64,000 bases of DNA from Cystobasidiomycetes sp. EMM_F5 (lineage: Eukaryota): positions 62,001 through 126,000 of the forward strand of contig JBPGPT010000012.1 in NCBI GenBank assembly GCA_051047955.1. Reading direction: 5' to 3'. The notes below the pieces were generated by a model that was not told the origin of the DNA, made no database searches, and worked only from the letters and a program-made list of their open reading frames with translations. Positions 26,274 to 39,626 of the stretch are shown in pieces; the first letter of the stretch is position 1, and each line of letters opens with the position of its first letter. A program made the position numbers and the translations under genes.

Positions 26274-26996
26274 TGCAACGTCAGAGGATGAGAAAGAGAG
26301 ATGGATAGCAGATGCTTGATTTTCTGCGTTGTAAGTAGAGGCCGAAATGACTCGAATATCCTTGCCCCTTGCAGTGTACCGTGCAGTGCGACTTGGGCTG
26401 CGGAGACGGCAGAGTGTTTGCGATACAGCGTAAGCAGCGTAGAAGTGCCTACGAGTGCATGTAGACTAGCAGGTATAGACAGGACAGCTGGCCCCAGTCC
26501 AGCAGCCGCAAACCCTCCCCGGGCACAGCCTGCCGCTGCCTCCCCGATTGTCTCTGAAAGTCCACCAGTGAGTTCGAAAGTATGCAACTCCGAAAAGCTG
26601 GCTTTACTGAGCTTTGGATCTTTTGGTGACTATTGAGTGCATATCATGGTGCTCTCGTTGTGTATAAAAAACTGCAAGGCTGTTCTCTCGTCTCGACGGA
26701 AGCGCTCGAATTCTCCAGGCTCCATCATACCTCGGCTTGGGTTGCAGCTTCCAACGGCCTGCATCAAGCAGTCTGCCTGACGAGCGTCCTGAGAGAATGT
26801 CGCAGTCATGGAATCGCGTCCATCTCGGCTCTTCCAGACTCCCTTGGATCTAACGCAGCTACAGTACCGGTCAACGTCTTGTTTACCGCAGCCCGTTCAA
26901 CGTGTTGCAAAGATGTTGAAGCGAAGAGACGACAGCTCGGCACACTGACTGCTGCTTTCAGCGTACCCAAGCTCACGTTCATTGTTCACTGACCTG

Positions 26997-28755
26997 ATGA
27001 CACCTCGTCTGAGCGCCTGCACCGTCACTTCGTGCATATGGCTGGCCTTGTCCTGTGTTTGCACGGCTCTCCAATCTGGCGACATGACATGTAAATCTGT
27101 AACGTCGTCGGCTAGCTCGCCGTTGCCGTCCATTCGAGGTATGTAAGCTTGTAGCCATGGTGCTATCGTACTGATTCTGGTGCAGGCCATCGCTTGGATG
27201 CTCGTCAAACATATGGGACAGATACCAAGTACACGACGACCACGACAACTGTCTACGTGTAGGTCATGTTTCCTGCACCATTGCGCTCGACACTAAATGA
27301 AACTTGTCCCTCGAGTAGCGGAAATCCAGTAGCAAGCGCGACTGCCGTAGTGACGCAGACGATTTTCACAACACCAGGAGCTCCGCGACCTCCGACTACC
27401 ATAGTACAGGCTGGAGGTGTCCTGACAACAACGGTGACGGTCACTCCTTCAACCACCACATTTCTGGGAGTCCTGACCACAACTACAACGACCTACTTGC
27501 CGGTCTCCCGCTCAACTACCACTACGACATTGGAACCATCTCCTACGTATCAAGAGCCTCCGCCAGCAGCAGTGAATACTGCCGTACCTCTCGACACGGT
27601 CTGTGCGCCCGGCGACGCAGGGCAGAAGTATGATGGTATACTATCGGCCACTCCTCCTCAGCGGACCACATTGTGCAAGTGTCACATTTTCTGTTAGATA
27701 ATTCCCGTTTTGACAGATCGATGCGTTCACAGATATCATGGGTATCTATATCTTCGGCATTCTCGTTGCATGGAATTTCATCGGCCTGCGCACTCTGTTA
27801 TACCCTGTCAAGATGCTGATTGTAGCATATCATGAAGTATGTGCGAAGCTGCCTCTTTGTGTGCAACGTAAAATCACTTACGCTCTACCGCTCAGTTCTG
27901 GCACATCCTGGTTGGGGTTTGTCTGGGGCAAAAAGTAGTGGCCGTCCAGATAGATCCGGGGCAAGGCGGATGGACTAACTTCATCGAGGGTGCGCCTGTC
28001 CATGCATCGCCTCAGCCAGTGGCAGCATATTTCGTGCGTCCTATTTTCCATGAAACCTTTTCTTACTCACTGTTGCAACATGACCAGGCTGCAATGGTTG
28101 GAAGTGCGCTTTTGGGCTCTCTGCTCGTATTTTGTGGCTTCAATACTCTTGCAAGCAAGATAGTCAGCTTCTTTATTGGTCTTAGTTTCTGTGCCGTTAG
28201 TCCGAAGGGGCCACCAGTATAAACGTCTTGGCTGATCACGGCGCGCAGATCTTGTGGTATGCCCACACTCCTGTTCTGTTAGGTCTCACAGTGGCATGGG
28301 TAGGATTGATGCAAGTCTACAGCAAAGTCGATTCAATTGGAAGCTGACTGAATGTATACACAGGGTCGGATTATGGTTCATCGAGCATGCACTCTATCTA
28401 AAATACTACGTCCTTTTCATCGGAGTGATGTGTGCTCTATACGCCTTCTGGGACGTCAGTAAGTCGAATGATGCGCTGCTACACATACGGGAGAGCTGTA
28501 TCGATGCTGATTCCTTCATTCGCTCGCATAGTGGACGACTTCGTTTTCCGAAAAGCACATCCCTGTTGTCCGATGCAAGTTCAATTGCGTTTTACGATAG
28601 ATGGCGCTCCGGCAGTGATGGCATTCCCCATCGTACTGGGATGGATAGGTTTGTCCATACTGCTGTTCTCGATCTTCGTCATTCTGGCTATACTAGTCTT
28701 TCGCCAGACACCGCATGGCGAATATTGCCAAGCTGCCACCTTTCTGCCGACTTGA
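26997..28755 (+). CDS. Peptidase M50B-like multi-pass membrane protein with a signal peptide and a Thr/Ser/Pro-rich ectodomain
   Basis: Signal-like MTPRLSACTVTSCIWLALSCVCTA; Thr-rich stalk; LLYPVKMLIVAYHE|FWHIL (HExxH across intron 27837-27895); IDPGQGGWT; GSALLGSLLVFCGFNTLASKIVS; YYVLFIGVM..FWD. Confidence 0.82.
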
Positions 28756-29756
28756 TATCGGAATCCAAGGGCTTCCTCAGGAAATGCTTAGGACGCTATC
28801 GAAGCAGAGGCACCTTCCTGACCAAAACTGTCTATAGACTTGAAGATCGTAAACATGCATTCATGGCTGGAGTACTCAGTGTTCTGACGGAACATCGTTA
28901 ATCTTCACACAGCTTAGGCAACGGGGACATGGGGAGCGTGTTAGCTTCCAATTTCCAATTTCGCACGCACAAGGCACAAAGGCATCAGCAACTGCCGCCG
29001 CTGCTTTACTAGCAAAACGGGGCACCTTCACGTACAACGCGCTTGTGCACGTGTCAGACGCAGCAGAAACGTACATTTAGGGGCCGACGGGAACGTCTGC
29101 TGAAGTGCCGGTGTTTTCACTGATGCCTGACGCTGACAAGACCAATGCATAAGAGCAGACCACCGATACTCCAGAGATACTTCCATGCCTTGCTTGGCTG
29201 CGACGCTCGTAGAACATCCCCAGGCACCACGTCGAAACAGATCTCAAGTAGCGTACGCTTCGAAGCAGCCTCCGTCTGTTTGCCAACGCACATATCGGCC
29301 GAGCGAGTCCCGCAAACTCTTCGTACATGGACATGGTCGCTTGTTACGGCTATCAAAAAATAGCCGTTTATAACGCGACGATTTTCTCCACAGCCTCAAA
29401 AGTACAACGGGAATTGGGGTATTGAAATTTTGAGCTGGTTTCATTACAGGTTCGAACGGATTTCTAATCACTCAGATTGTAATGGTCGGACACCTGCCGA
29501 CCCTCCGCTTCGCCTCCTTGCCAGAGGTGCTCATCTGACAGGTCGACCCTTTGGGCAGCGACTGATATATGTTCACTTACTCCTGTTGGTCTTGATTTTT
29601 CTACAAATCTCTCTGCTAACTAACTTCCCTCAGCTTGCTGTTACCGTTCACCGACAAGAGACATGATATCAAAATCATGTTGCGTAGCGCACGCGTATTT
29701 GCGCGGTCCGCATCTCAAAATCCCTAGTATTGCGAAATCTGAACTCTCAATATTAT

Positions 29757-29794
29757 CTCGCTGTCATGGCTCGCTGTCATGGCTCGCTGTCATG
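29757..29794. repeat. 13-bp tandem repeat (CTCGCTGTCATGG) in about 3 copies
   Basis: Read directly in the long intergenic region. Confidence 0.9.
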
Positions 29795-31859
29795 TAACGC
29801 TGCTTATTTGATCCATCAGTTGCGCTTGGCAGGTTTTCCTTAGCCGGTAGCTCCCACGACAATCCACATTGAATCCAGCCAGCTAGCAGGTTGAGCGAGT
29901 CTGACAGTTTAGATACTGATATTTCAGCCCGTTTACGCGCGCTAACTACCCGTAAATGCGATTCTAACTGAATACACAGCATGTTGCCTGCACAATGTGG
30001 TGCGAATCACCTAATAACAACGCTTTGCCCCGTCGTAAATAGCTTGTCCTGCGTGGAAGCTGACCCCGGAACATGTTAAGCTGATCTCAAACGCCCATAA
30101 AAAACGCGGGCGACCGGAGTCATCGGCAAGGGCGCCAGCCCGCTGCCGATGGCGAGGGAGCCAAGCGCAGCTAGGTAGCACGTCTGCCCATTTTCCCGAT
30201 CTGCTGCTGCTGTCGTCCCAGTCCGTGCGTCAAGAAGCAATTCGTACTTCAGCTGACTCGTATCTGCTACACCGATGTGCTGCGATTAGAAAAATCACTG
30301 TCCGTAGCAAGCTTGGTATCTTAGCCCGGCAGCATCATTACCTTTGAGTTGGGTGTACCGGGATCTATAAGCACGACAGAAGTGATAGCCGTGGAAGAGC
30401 ACGCAGTGCTGCTTCATACTGGTCCATTATCCCAATTCTTCGCCAGAGTCCAGCCGTCCCTGTGTAGTAAACGGGTCACGGTAAAGTACGATGCTTGAAA
30501 CCCTGGCACCCTACAACTCGCGTGCCACAGTACATTATTCATCTCCAGATCTACCCTTGAGGCACAGCTGGGAGGCGAGACCTGTTTGCTCGACGTTTGT
30601 TGTTTGGCAACGCAATACGGTAGTGCACGAATGCCAAATTGCAATGCGAAGTTTCAGTGAGTGGCTTATGATTACATAGCTGACAAGCTTTTGAAAATCG
30701 TGATCCTGACGGGAACAGTAGTTATATAGTCTACCGAAGTCGTACTGAGCCAAGTAGCAGTATAGACGGGAGAGACCAACTACCAAGATGCTGCTCGCTG
30801 ATGTCGCTGCCACTACCGCCGCTGCAGTTGCTGGACGGAATGTTTAATTGGAAACGTTTGCGGCAGAATGATGTGCGGACAATTCGAATTGCACAATGCA
30901 TGGCAGATTGTCCTGGTTTCGGACATCGTGACCTGGCAGCCACATGCAAAATGCCTGAATCTTATGGCAGAAAACCAACGCGCGCCTATCACGGAACCCG
31001 TTCCGCCAGGCTTCCGAAGGGTTGCAGGTCGTCGATCATGCCAGAAACTAGGTTTGAGGCTTTTTGATGGGCGTAAAGTGCTTACGGAGGGACGGGGCGG
31101 GTCAGGTGGCGTGACGGATTTCGCCCGTTTCGATGCCGTAAATGGCAGGCGCAGGCATCGGCCTAGGGAGCAGATCCGCAGGAAACGAGCAAAGCAACCA
31201 CATAGCAGCCGAGATTGACGATGGTATACACCTGCACACGTATCCTGTGAACTACTGAAGAACCTGTTGCGAGCAGACGCTGTGCAGAAACGAGTGCTGT
31301 AGAGGTGTTCCCGAGCACTACCAGCCACTTTACACGACGGAAGGGGAAGGAGCCAATACAGCAGCAACGGAGGGTCAAAAAAACGGCTAGCAACGCAGGA
31401 CAGCGCCAGAATACACAAGATAGAGGCTGGATGCTCGTCCCCGTATAGCATCGCAGCCTCTGTGGCAGCAGAAGCAACTACTGCGACGCGAAGGCAGGCC
31501 TGCGATATCGGGCCAGCCCCCTGTTGAGGCTAGGAGAACGCCATACCAACAGAACCGGAAGCCAGCTCTACAGCAGCCGCATCAAGCATACGAGCGGTAG
31601 TAGCGTACAACTAGGAGCGGTGCCGTCAAATACGAATCTGGCAGTCTGAACCAGAAGCATTTAGCCTCCGCCGGTGCGACAACACCGCACTGCCCACAAG
31701 CGTCGAAGACGGAACATTCCAGCCAGCTTGATACTTGCTCTCATCTACTCGTTTCCGACATCGGTAGGCCTTCGAGGTTGAGGACAATTGTATTTTCCTC
31801 TTTGCGCGCCTTCCTGCATCATCGGCCCGTACTGCTTTACGCGGTTGTCGAAATTTCAG

Positions 31860-32037
31860 GTACGGTTTCAACTTCCTAATGCGTAACCCGCATAATACTT
31901 TCCCTTTTGATAATGACTTACAAATGCATTACTGCTTTCAATCTTCTGCTGCAATGCATCTACTCTGTCTCACGTTCGAATATTGACTACACCTTGGGTC
32001 AACCTTCTGTCTTCTCTTCTCATCGGTCGTCCACCAG
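31860..32037 (+). other. Probable 5'-UTR intron of the Ran1-like kinase
   Basis: CAG|GTACGG donor, TTGAC branch-like site at ~31983, pyrimidine tract and CCACCAG acceptor. The flanks have no ATG. Confidence 0.5.
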
Positions 32038-32120
32038 GCAGCTTTCAAGTTTCACCTCTATCACAACGTTCATTCTTTCTTTTTAACAAGTCTTTTACAC
32101 ATATCGACATCTAGGCAAGC

Positions 32121-34004
32121 ATGACGAACCCTACACAGCAACTCAACCAGAACTTGACGGGCACATTCATCGATAACGGAGCTTTGGAACTGGTTTCAAT
32201 AATCGGCATCGGGGCATATGGCGTCGTATACAAAGCGCTGGCGAGGGATGGCAAGTTTTATGCAGTGAAGTGCCTCAATAAAACCGGTCTCGACACCCGG
32301 CAACGGTCATTTCAGCGCCGAGAAATCGCCTTGCACACCCTGGCCTCCTCTCATCCTAACATTGTTACGCTACACAACGTGATCGAGACATCAACCTGCA
32401 TCTATGTTGTCTTGTCCTATTGCACAGACGGAGATCTATTCAGTCAAATCACTGAGAAATCCCGCTACCTCGGGAACGATGCTCTCATCAAGGACGTCTT
32501 TCTGCAGATCGTTGATGCTGTGGAATACTGTCACCGGCTCGGAATATACCACCGTGACCTCAAGCCGGAAAATATTCTGTGCGACGCGCAGGGTGCACGT
32601 CTCGTACTGGCCGACTTCGGCCTCGCCACTGCTGAAAAGACGTCGGGCGACTTTGGCTGCGGTAGCACATTCTACATGTCCCCTGGTGAGCAATCTGTTT
32701 TCAGCTTTACCTCGGACTCCCTAATGTTTTTCTGCAAATTCCCCAGAGTGTCAGGGCGGTCTTTTTCAACGCCTTGGATCATATTCAACCCTTCATAACG
32801 ATGTCTGGTCTCTTGGTGTCATGTGAGTGTCAGTCTACTATGGAGATTTGCTATCAGCTCATGTGATTGCCCTCGCAGTCTTGTCAATCTGACCTGCGGG
32901 CGCAACCCATGGAAACAAGCATGCCCCTCTGATGAAACATTCCGCGCCTATCTCTCAAATCCGGATTTTCTCCGATCCATTCTCCCTATTTCCAAGCAAT
33001 GCAACGAGTTGCTGAAGCGAATATTCGCATTGAATCCGGCGTCACGTATCAGCATCAAAGAGCTGAAGGCCGAAGTTAAACGCATGACCAGATGGACTAT
33101 GACTTTTGAAGAGCTCCGGTACGCAACACGCGCAACGAAAGAGGCTGCTCGCGCATGGGCCCCAGCGCATATACTTGATGAGCCAAGCATGGCAGAACCC
33201 ACACCAGCAAAGTGTCCATCACCAGCGCCCGTACAACATAACAACAATAACACCACCACCCCGCATGCAGCGACGCGACCAAAAATACATCGTGATGTGT
33301 TTGATACTACAGATTCGTCGACTGTATCATCTGTAGATTCCGCTGTCGAATGGCGACGCATGCAACAGCAGGAACAGCTATTGCAGCAGAGTCACCAAAG
33401 ACAGCAGGCACGGCAGCAGTACGCAAGTCCTGTGGTACCATCCCCCATCACATCGCCCTCATCATCTTCTGCCTATCAAGAACCATTACCTCAGCCGGTA
33501 ATCAAGCCTTCCCCAGTGACGGTGGTCCCAAAGTCAATTATAAACATGCGTTCCAATTTCTCCCTATCCGACAGCGAAGACACATCAAGCGACGAAGACG
33601 AAGAAATGCCGTATGCCGGACGCTCCCAAGCCTACACTTCCAAAAACCGTTTACAAGAGCAGTCACACCACACTTCACATCAGCAAAAATACAACACTAC
33701 AATACCCACAAAACAACACGACTATGCGACGCGATCTAGGAAGGTGACTCCACCGCCTCTTGCTGAACAAGCGCCCCGAACACCAAGGCCCTTATTCAGC
33801 TCCCAGCCGCACAGGCAGAGGAAGCAGTCTATCGAGTCGACTTCTTCATCCAGCTCGGCGTCGTCTGATGCCAGCTGGACCGGCTTGCCGCCGACGCCAG
33901 ATACGCCCATATTTACAAAGCGACCGCAAGGTGCGGAGGTCGCGCAGGAAAAAACTCCAACGCGTGGTTTCTCTCTCGGCAACACCAAGCTCAAGCTCTT
34001 CTAA
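32121..34004 (+). CDS. Ran1/Pat1 (Sks1/Vhs1-like) Ser/Thr kinase with an S/Q/P-rich tail
   Basis: GIGAYGVVY, YAVKCL, FQRREIALH, HRDLKPENIL, DFGLAT..DFGCGSTFYMSPE and LVNLTCGRNPWKQA are characteristic of RAN-family kinases; two coding introns. Confidence 0.92.
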
Positions 34005-34424
34005 GTCTCGCAACCGAAGCCGGTCTTCGCGCCTCTGTTACGGCGCCATGTATCCGTATAATCACTCGCACGGCCGCAAGTCGTGCTCATCGTGCCCCTC
34101 ACGATACTGTCGTTCGTTCCTCCTGCATTTCGCATCTCGCATGAGTAGAGCTCAATGTTACATATCTTACATCATAAACTATAGCATTATAAACTAGCGA
34201 TCTTCTGTAGAGGAGCCTGGTCAACCGCGACCAACGGGCCATAGAGTAACCTTCATTGTTGTTATCATCATCAATGAACGCTTTCCCTGAAGAATTCTTT
34301 CGTTTGTTACTGGAACTCTTCTCGTTTACGCGTCGACGTCCTACAAGTTTCATATTTGCGCAGCTTTCGACGACAGACCAACTCCGATCTGAGAATACAA
34401 AACACGGCAACAAGGTCCACTACC

Positions 34425-35686
34425 ATGAGTGCGCGTGCCATACGGCCGCTGTAAACCTGATGCACCATACTGACGACGGAAATGCTACTTGACTGAATGA
34501 ACAGGCGGAGGATATGCGGGCGGCTTCATGCCTGGAGGAAGCCAGGGCGGCAGTCCAGGGAGCAGAGTGAGCAGCTCACTTGCGTGATACTTGTTAGTCA
34601 TCGTCTGGGCTAAGCTGTTGCTGACTTTGCTCGTTCCAATTGCTTACCAAAAGAAACAACAATCCAATCACACTCACCGGCCAGTAACGATTCGACAGCT
34701 TCTAGAAGCGTATCAAGCTCACGCCGATGCGGAGTGGAAGATTGACGACGTGGAGCTCGAACATGTGCGCTTGCAAAAAGCACACTGTGTGGGCTGCCCG
34801 GTGCTAACGCGCCGCACCTATCTCCAGGTCACTTTTGTCGGCAATATCACAAACATGGGCAAGAGCAACACAAATTGCTCATGCACAATCGAGGACGGCA
34901 CAGGCAGTATCGATGTGAGACTCTGGCTCGAGACGGCCGACGACGACAGCGGACGCCTCGAGGGTATTGAGTGAGTCGCGACTGGTGCACGACCCACAGG
35001 CAGCTCTAATCCTCAACAAACTGTGCAGAGAGAATGTTTACGTTCGTGTCATTGGCAACCTGAAGAGCTTCAACAATAAGCGCAGTGTCAACGCAACTGT
35101 CGTGAAACCCGTCAAGGATCTGAATGAAGTACAATATCACCTGCTCGAAGCTATCCGTGTGCACCTGTATCACACACGAGGACCGCTTGACGTCAGTGCT
35201 TGCACATAGACGCCGCGGACTATTTTTGACAAATTTGTACAGCAGCAAAGTGCCGCAGGTCACGGTCAAGGCACATCGAGGCAAGCTCCAGCTCAGCGAA
35301 ATGGTCAAGATCCATATGCCGCCAAGTAAGGACCATCGCTCTTCGTTTATGTATGCTAGACTGACATTTATTTCATAGTGGGAATACTTCAGTATCTGGC
35401 AACGACTACTCGGAGCTGAAGCCCCTCGGCAGGAAGATTATGATGCACATCGAGAAAGTTGGAGCTGATAACCTTCCACCGGAAGGTCTCAGTATTGAGT
35501 CTATCGCAAGAAGTATTCAAGGCACGACTGTACAAGCTATCGAATCCGAGATCGATAACCTCCTCGGCGACGGTCTGCTGTATACCACGACAGATACGTC
35601 ACAGTGAGTCGAGGGCGATGCTGTTGCGTTGACGCAAACATCTGATCACTGTCTATCATTCCAGCGTATTGCCAACCAGCTTCTGA
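34425..35686 (+). CDS. RFA2: Replication protein A 32 kDa subunit
   Basis: GGFMPGGSQGGSP, RPVTIRQL, IEDGTGSIDVRLW, YVRVIGNLKSFNNKRSV, NEVQYHLLEAI and the C-terminal winged helix (LLGDGLLYTT); many introns. Confidence 0.93.
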
Positions 35687-35826
35687 ACGGTCAGATTTCG
35701 AGGGTGTGACTGTTCCGGTTTCAGTATTCATGCCAGAGTAGTTCGAGAACACCGTTGTACCACATGTGCTCATCAACAATGCGCCGATAATCGTTATCCA
35801 AATAATGGTCTCGACAATTGACCAGC

Positions 35827-38800
35827 CTAAGGACCGGCTATGCGTTTCGTTATACTGACAGCCATCTGCGTGAGAGCCGCTTTGCGGACTTCAACTAGTT
35901 GAGTGGCAATGTCCATCAGAACGGCTTCAGCAATCTGTAATAGTATGTGCCTCAGCGAAACAGCCGTGACGCAATTCGCCTTCTCGTTCTCGTACCTCTC
36001 CACAATGCTGCAGTGATCGCAGATTCTCTAGCTTTTGTTTTCCTTTATATTGCTTTGCAAGCTCTTCGACTAGTGCTTTCAATCGTGATGATATGCCCTT
36101 CAACGAACTTTTTGCCTCTTGCCGCACCTGGCGGAGGCGTTTCATTTCCTTGAAAGCGATCTCACTCGCCGTTGTTGACATACTTTGATACGCAACATCG
36201 AGAAGAGCGTAGGCCTTTGAAGCGAACACTGTTTGAGCAGTATGCTAAGGTAGATATTCCAGACACACACCTCCAAAGCCGTCTGTGCAGTATGTAACAT
36301 AGTCCATGGCAGCGCAGACAAAGTGTAGGACGCAAGTTGTGCCTGGCATTCTGTGGAAACGGTATTAATACACAGATGGGAGAGCAGTATATTATGAACG
36401 GCACCTTTGAAGATTTTCTGCAGGTCGCCGTCTGTCGGTGATGGGTCTGCATGTCCCGACAGCCAAGCCAACATAGTCTTCGCCCACGACAACAAAAGGC
36501 CTTCCTGCGCTGAGCATTCTGAACTGTTCATTTCGGGCATCATATGCATTTGAGACAAGAAGTTGATATAGAGAGTGCCAATCGCGGCAATCCACGGCAT
36601 CTGATCAGGTGCGCATCAGCATTGCTACTGAACAACTCAGCAACGCGAACTCACATTGGTTCTAGGTGCAACACTGCAGCTTTCTTGGATCTTACGCCCG
36701 TGTAATGATGTGAGGCTGGGTAGGACAGTGTCATCACGATTGTCGTATACGATAGCTGAGATTCAAATAAGCGGCTGCATGTCTGCTTGCATAGACTTGA
36801 AATACTGACAGAGGTCTCCGAGCGTTCTGCGGATTCCCGCCAACAATTTCGTACTTTGTGCAGAGTCGAGACTTTCGGTCATTAACCTGACCCGCACGCT
36901 CTCCAGAGACAGTGCTTTTCGCGCTAGCGAATGTTGAAGGCGGCAACGCAGTAAGTCGAAGTCTTCGATCTGTGAGCAAGTTGGTCAACGGCACTGCATG
37001 GAGTCGTAATGTCGGCGCACTACTGAGAAGGACTCCCTCTGCCAAGCTTGCGTGGATGACTGTGTGATCTGACACCGTTGTGAGCTTACAGTAAAGGTTG
37101 GCTGCGATAATGTGCACTGATACTGACATCGCTATCAGCCCTGCTGGGATACCATGCGACTATCCACTTGAGAGCGTTACTGAGACTTGTCTCCACGTGT
37201 GATGCAGGTGCTTCTGGGGTTACCAGCATTGATGCAGTGTCCGTAGAAGCTACAGCCAAGACCGCCGCTCGGTCAAAAGCGAAGTGAGAAAGGGTGTCGT
37301 ACTGTATTTGCCGCACACCCATGCCGTCGAAGTGTTTCATGACGAGTCGCGGTGCTCCAAGCAGGGTATAGAGCCTGATCAGCAGCGCACGAATCTGATA
37401 GCGGTATTTGCTCCGTCGAACGGCAATTTCGAGTATGGCGACCGCGAGCTCAAGATGTGCGACGCGCCCTACGATCAGCAGAAGACATCAGCCCGGAGGC
37501 ATCGCTGCAAAACGATCGTATCATACCAGAAATCGTCCAAGCTGAGACGTAAGCCTGTCCAGCAAGCAAAGCTAAATCATCGGCTGGCTGCAGATCAGTT
37601 GGCGCGTACCCATCACCTATCAAAACGGTCAGGGCAGATCTGGTATCATCAAGCGCTCCCCGACGAAACTCACCCAACTTCATGTGAGCAAAATACGCCT
37701 TGGCGCAGCGATGTCCTCTATCGAGCTCATTTTCATAAGATGTAGCAGGCAGTCGTAAATGGCTTCGTATCTTCTCCGCATTCATCAATTGCTGAAGCTT
37801 CGAGATCGTCTGAGTAGTGCGAGTCTCAACACACGCCTATGCTTGTGCTTGAGATAACCTTACAGAGCTAACGCCAGCGTTGAGTCTATGTTGCCCATCC
37901 AAGTGCTGCAGCAGTGTACTGCTAGCAGCCTCGCTTGACGAGATCGATGCTATATAGGGTATAAGATCGTCAAAGCAGCACATCTTGTCAGCGTGTCGTC
38001 GAAAATAGAGCCAAATTAGGTCTGTGCAAGGTGTCTTTAGCGCGAACCAACTGCAACGTAACGCTGTCAACCTACCCGCCAGAACATCGAGGGAGCACGA
38101 GTCCTGTGAGCTCTGGGCGATGAGACGCAGGAGACCCAGTGTCAAGCCACGCTCCTTCTTGCTGGGTTCAAGCTCGTCTTGGCTACGACTTTCGAGGGTC
38201 TGTTTCATGCGGACCATTAATTGAAGGTATGGATCTTGGACATGATCACCAGCCGTCTGCCACCAATCCTTATTCTGTCCTATACTGGAAGCAGTGGGCT
38301 TACTGCCCGGATGCCTTCGCGTAGCTATACTGATGACTGTCTCTATGACAGACCAATCGGATTCGCCGGCATCCAGAGTGTCCAACATCTGTCTACCCAT
38401 TTCCAGCAGTCCAGCTTCATCTTCGTACTCCAAGAGGATTTGACGACACAGTAATGCCACGTCCAGACTCTTGCCGCATACTTCGATAACTTCTGAAGAC
38501 TTGATGAAGCGGATGAGTATTTCACGATGTTTTGCATGATCGACGTTACTTGATTCAAGCTGCTGCAGATGAACCTGGAGAAGGCGTATCACGAGATACA
38601 CCTTGTGCGGCGTATCAAGCGGTAAAATTGAGTGCTCGGGGTCACCCCTACCTTTAGAGTCGATATACGTTTCGAATATTCCCACGATTCTTGCGAGCTG
38701 AGAAGCAGCTTCCGTAGGCTTTGCACGCGCGTGTAACAGGATTGCCATGGCACCGTACCAGAAACCGAGATGGTGGGCTGCAGCCTCATCAGGCATAGAC

Positions 38801-39626
38801 GGGCTCCGTTGGCTTTTGATTGGTATAGTTGATGGTCGGGCAGAGGGTTGTGTAAGAAGAGTTATGCTATTGCAGGCCTTTGCCAGATGACCGTATGCTG
38901 CAATTTGCACGAAAAAGTAGGCTGCTTCGATGTTTAGCTGTATATTGTCGGTATGTCGTTCAACAGCGTCCTCCCATAGTCTGATAGCATCTTGCTCTAG
39001 CAATCATGCGTACGTAGCGCGCAACACACTTTCGCCATCAGTCAACTTGGTATGGAATCACTACTGCAAGAACGCACCCTTTCCAGCTTGTTGCATGATC
39101 CAAGACAGAAATGCCAACAGATCAGTGTCGCCCAAGGCCTTTCCCTTTCCCTTGTCGTCTCGGGCAATTTCTTGCGCTTGACCCAGTGCATCTTCAACAT
39201 GGCCTTGTCGTATCCAAATCACAGATTGCAATGCCTAGCAGGGAGACCATGAGTGACACCGTCATATGAAGCGTACCTCGCAATCTCCGCCAACCATACC
39301 TGCACAATTGGCCAGTATGGCTTAGCTTTCAGTGAGCGCTGGCAGTGCTGGCCAGCAGCCTTGAGCTGGCCTGTCAGTATCGCGTCTGGAGATTGTGAAT
39401 CCAACGGCCAATGGACCAAAAAGCGCACACATCAGCACCCGCAACTCGTCCGTTTAAGAGCAGCAGCAGCAGCAGGACAGCAGCCCGATTGTAGCGCTAC
39501 AGTAAACAGCGAGAACTGCGCTGGAAAGACAAACTGACTGCATATAGGTTCCAACGCTCGCCGGTCTGCAGGTCCAGCCGAGAAGCGCCGGGCCTGCCAA
39601 AACTCGCGGACCATGGGGTCCGACAT
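35827..39626 (-). CDS. MDM20: NatB N-acetyltransferase auxiliary subunit (Mdm20/NAA25)
   Basis: N-terminal RALEPI.|NAIL, ERGLTLGLL, YFRRHADKMCCFDDLIPYI, PTDLQPADDLALLAGQ and MGVRQIQYDTLSHF; multi-exon. Confidence 0.88.

Noticed and set aside
30813..31477. 212-aa and 104-aa minus-strand ORFs upstream of the Ran1-like kinase
   Set aside because: Cys/Arg/Leu-rich composition with no motifs; better explained as antisense to a long leader or promoter.
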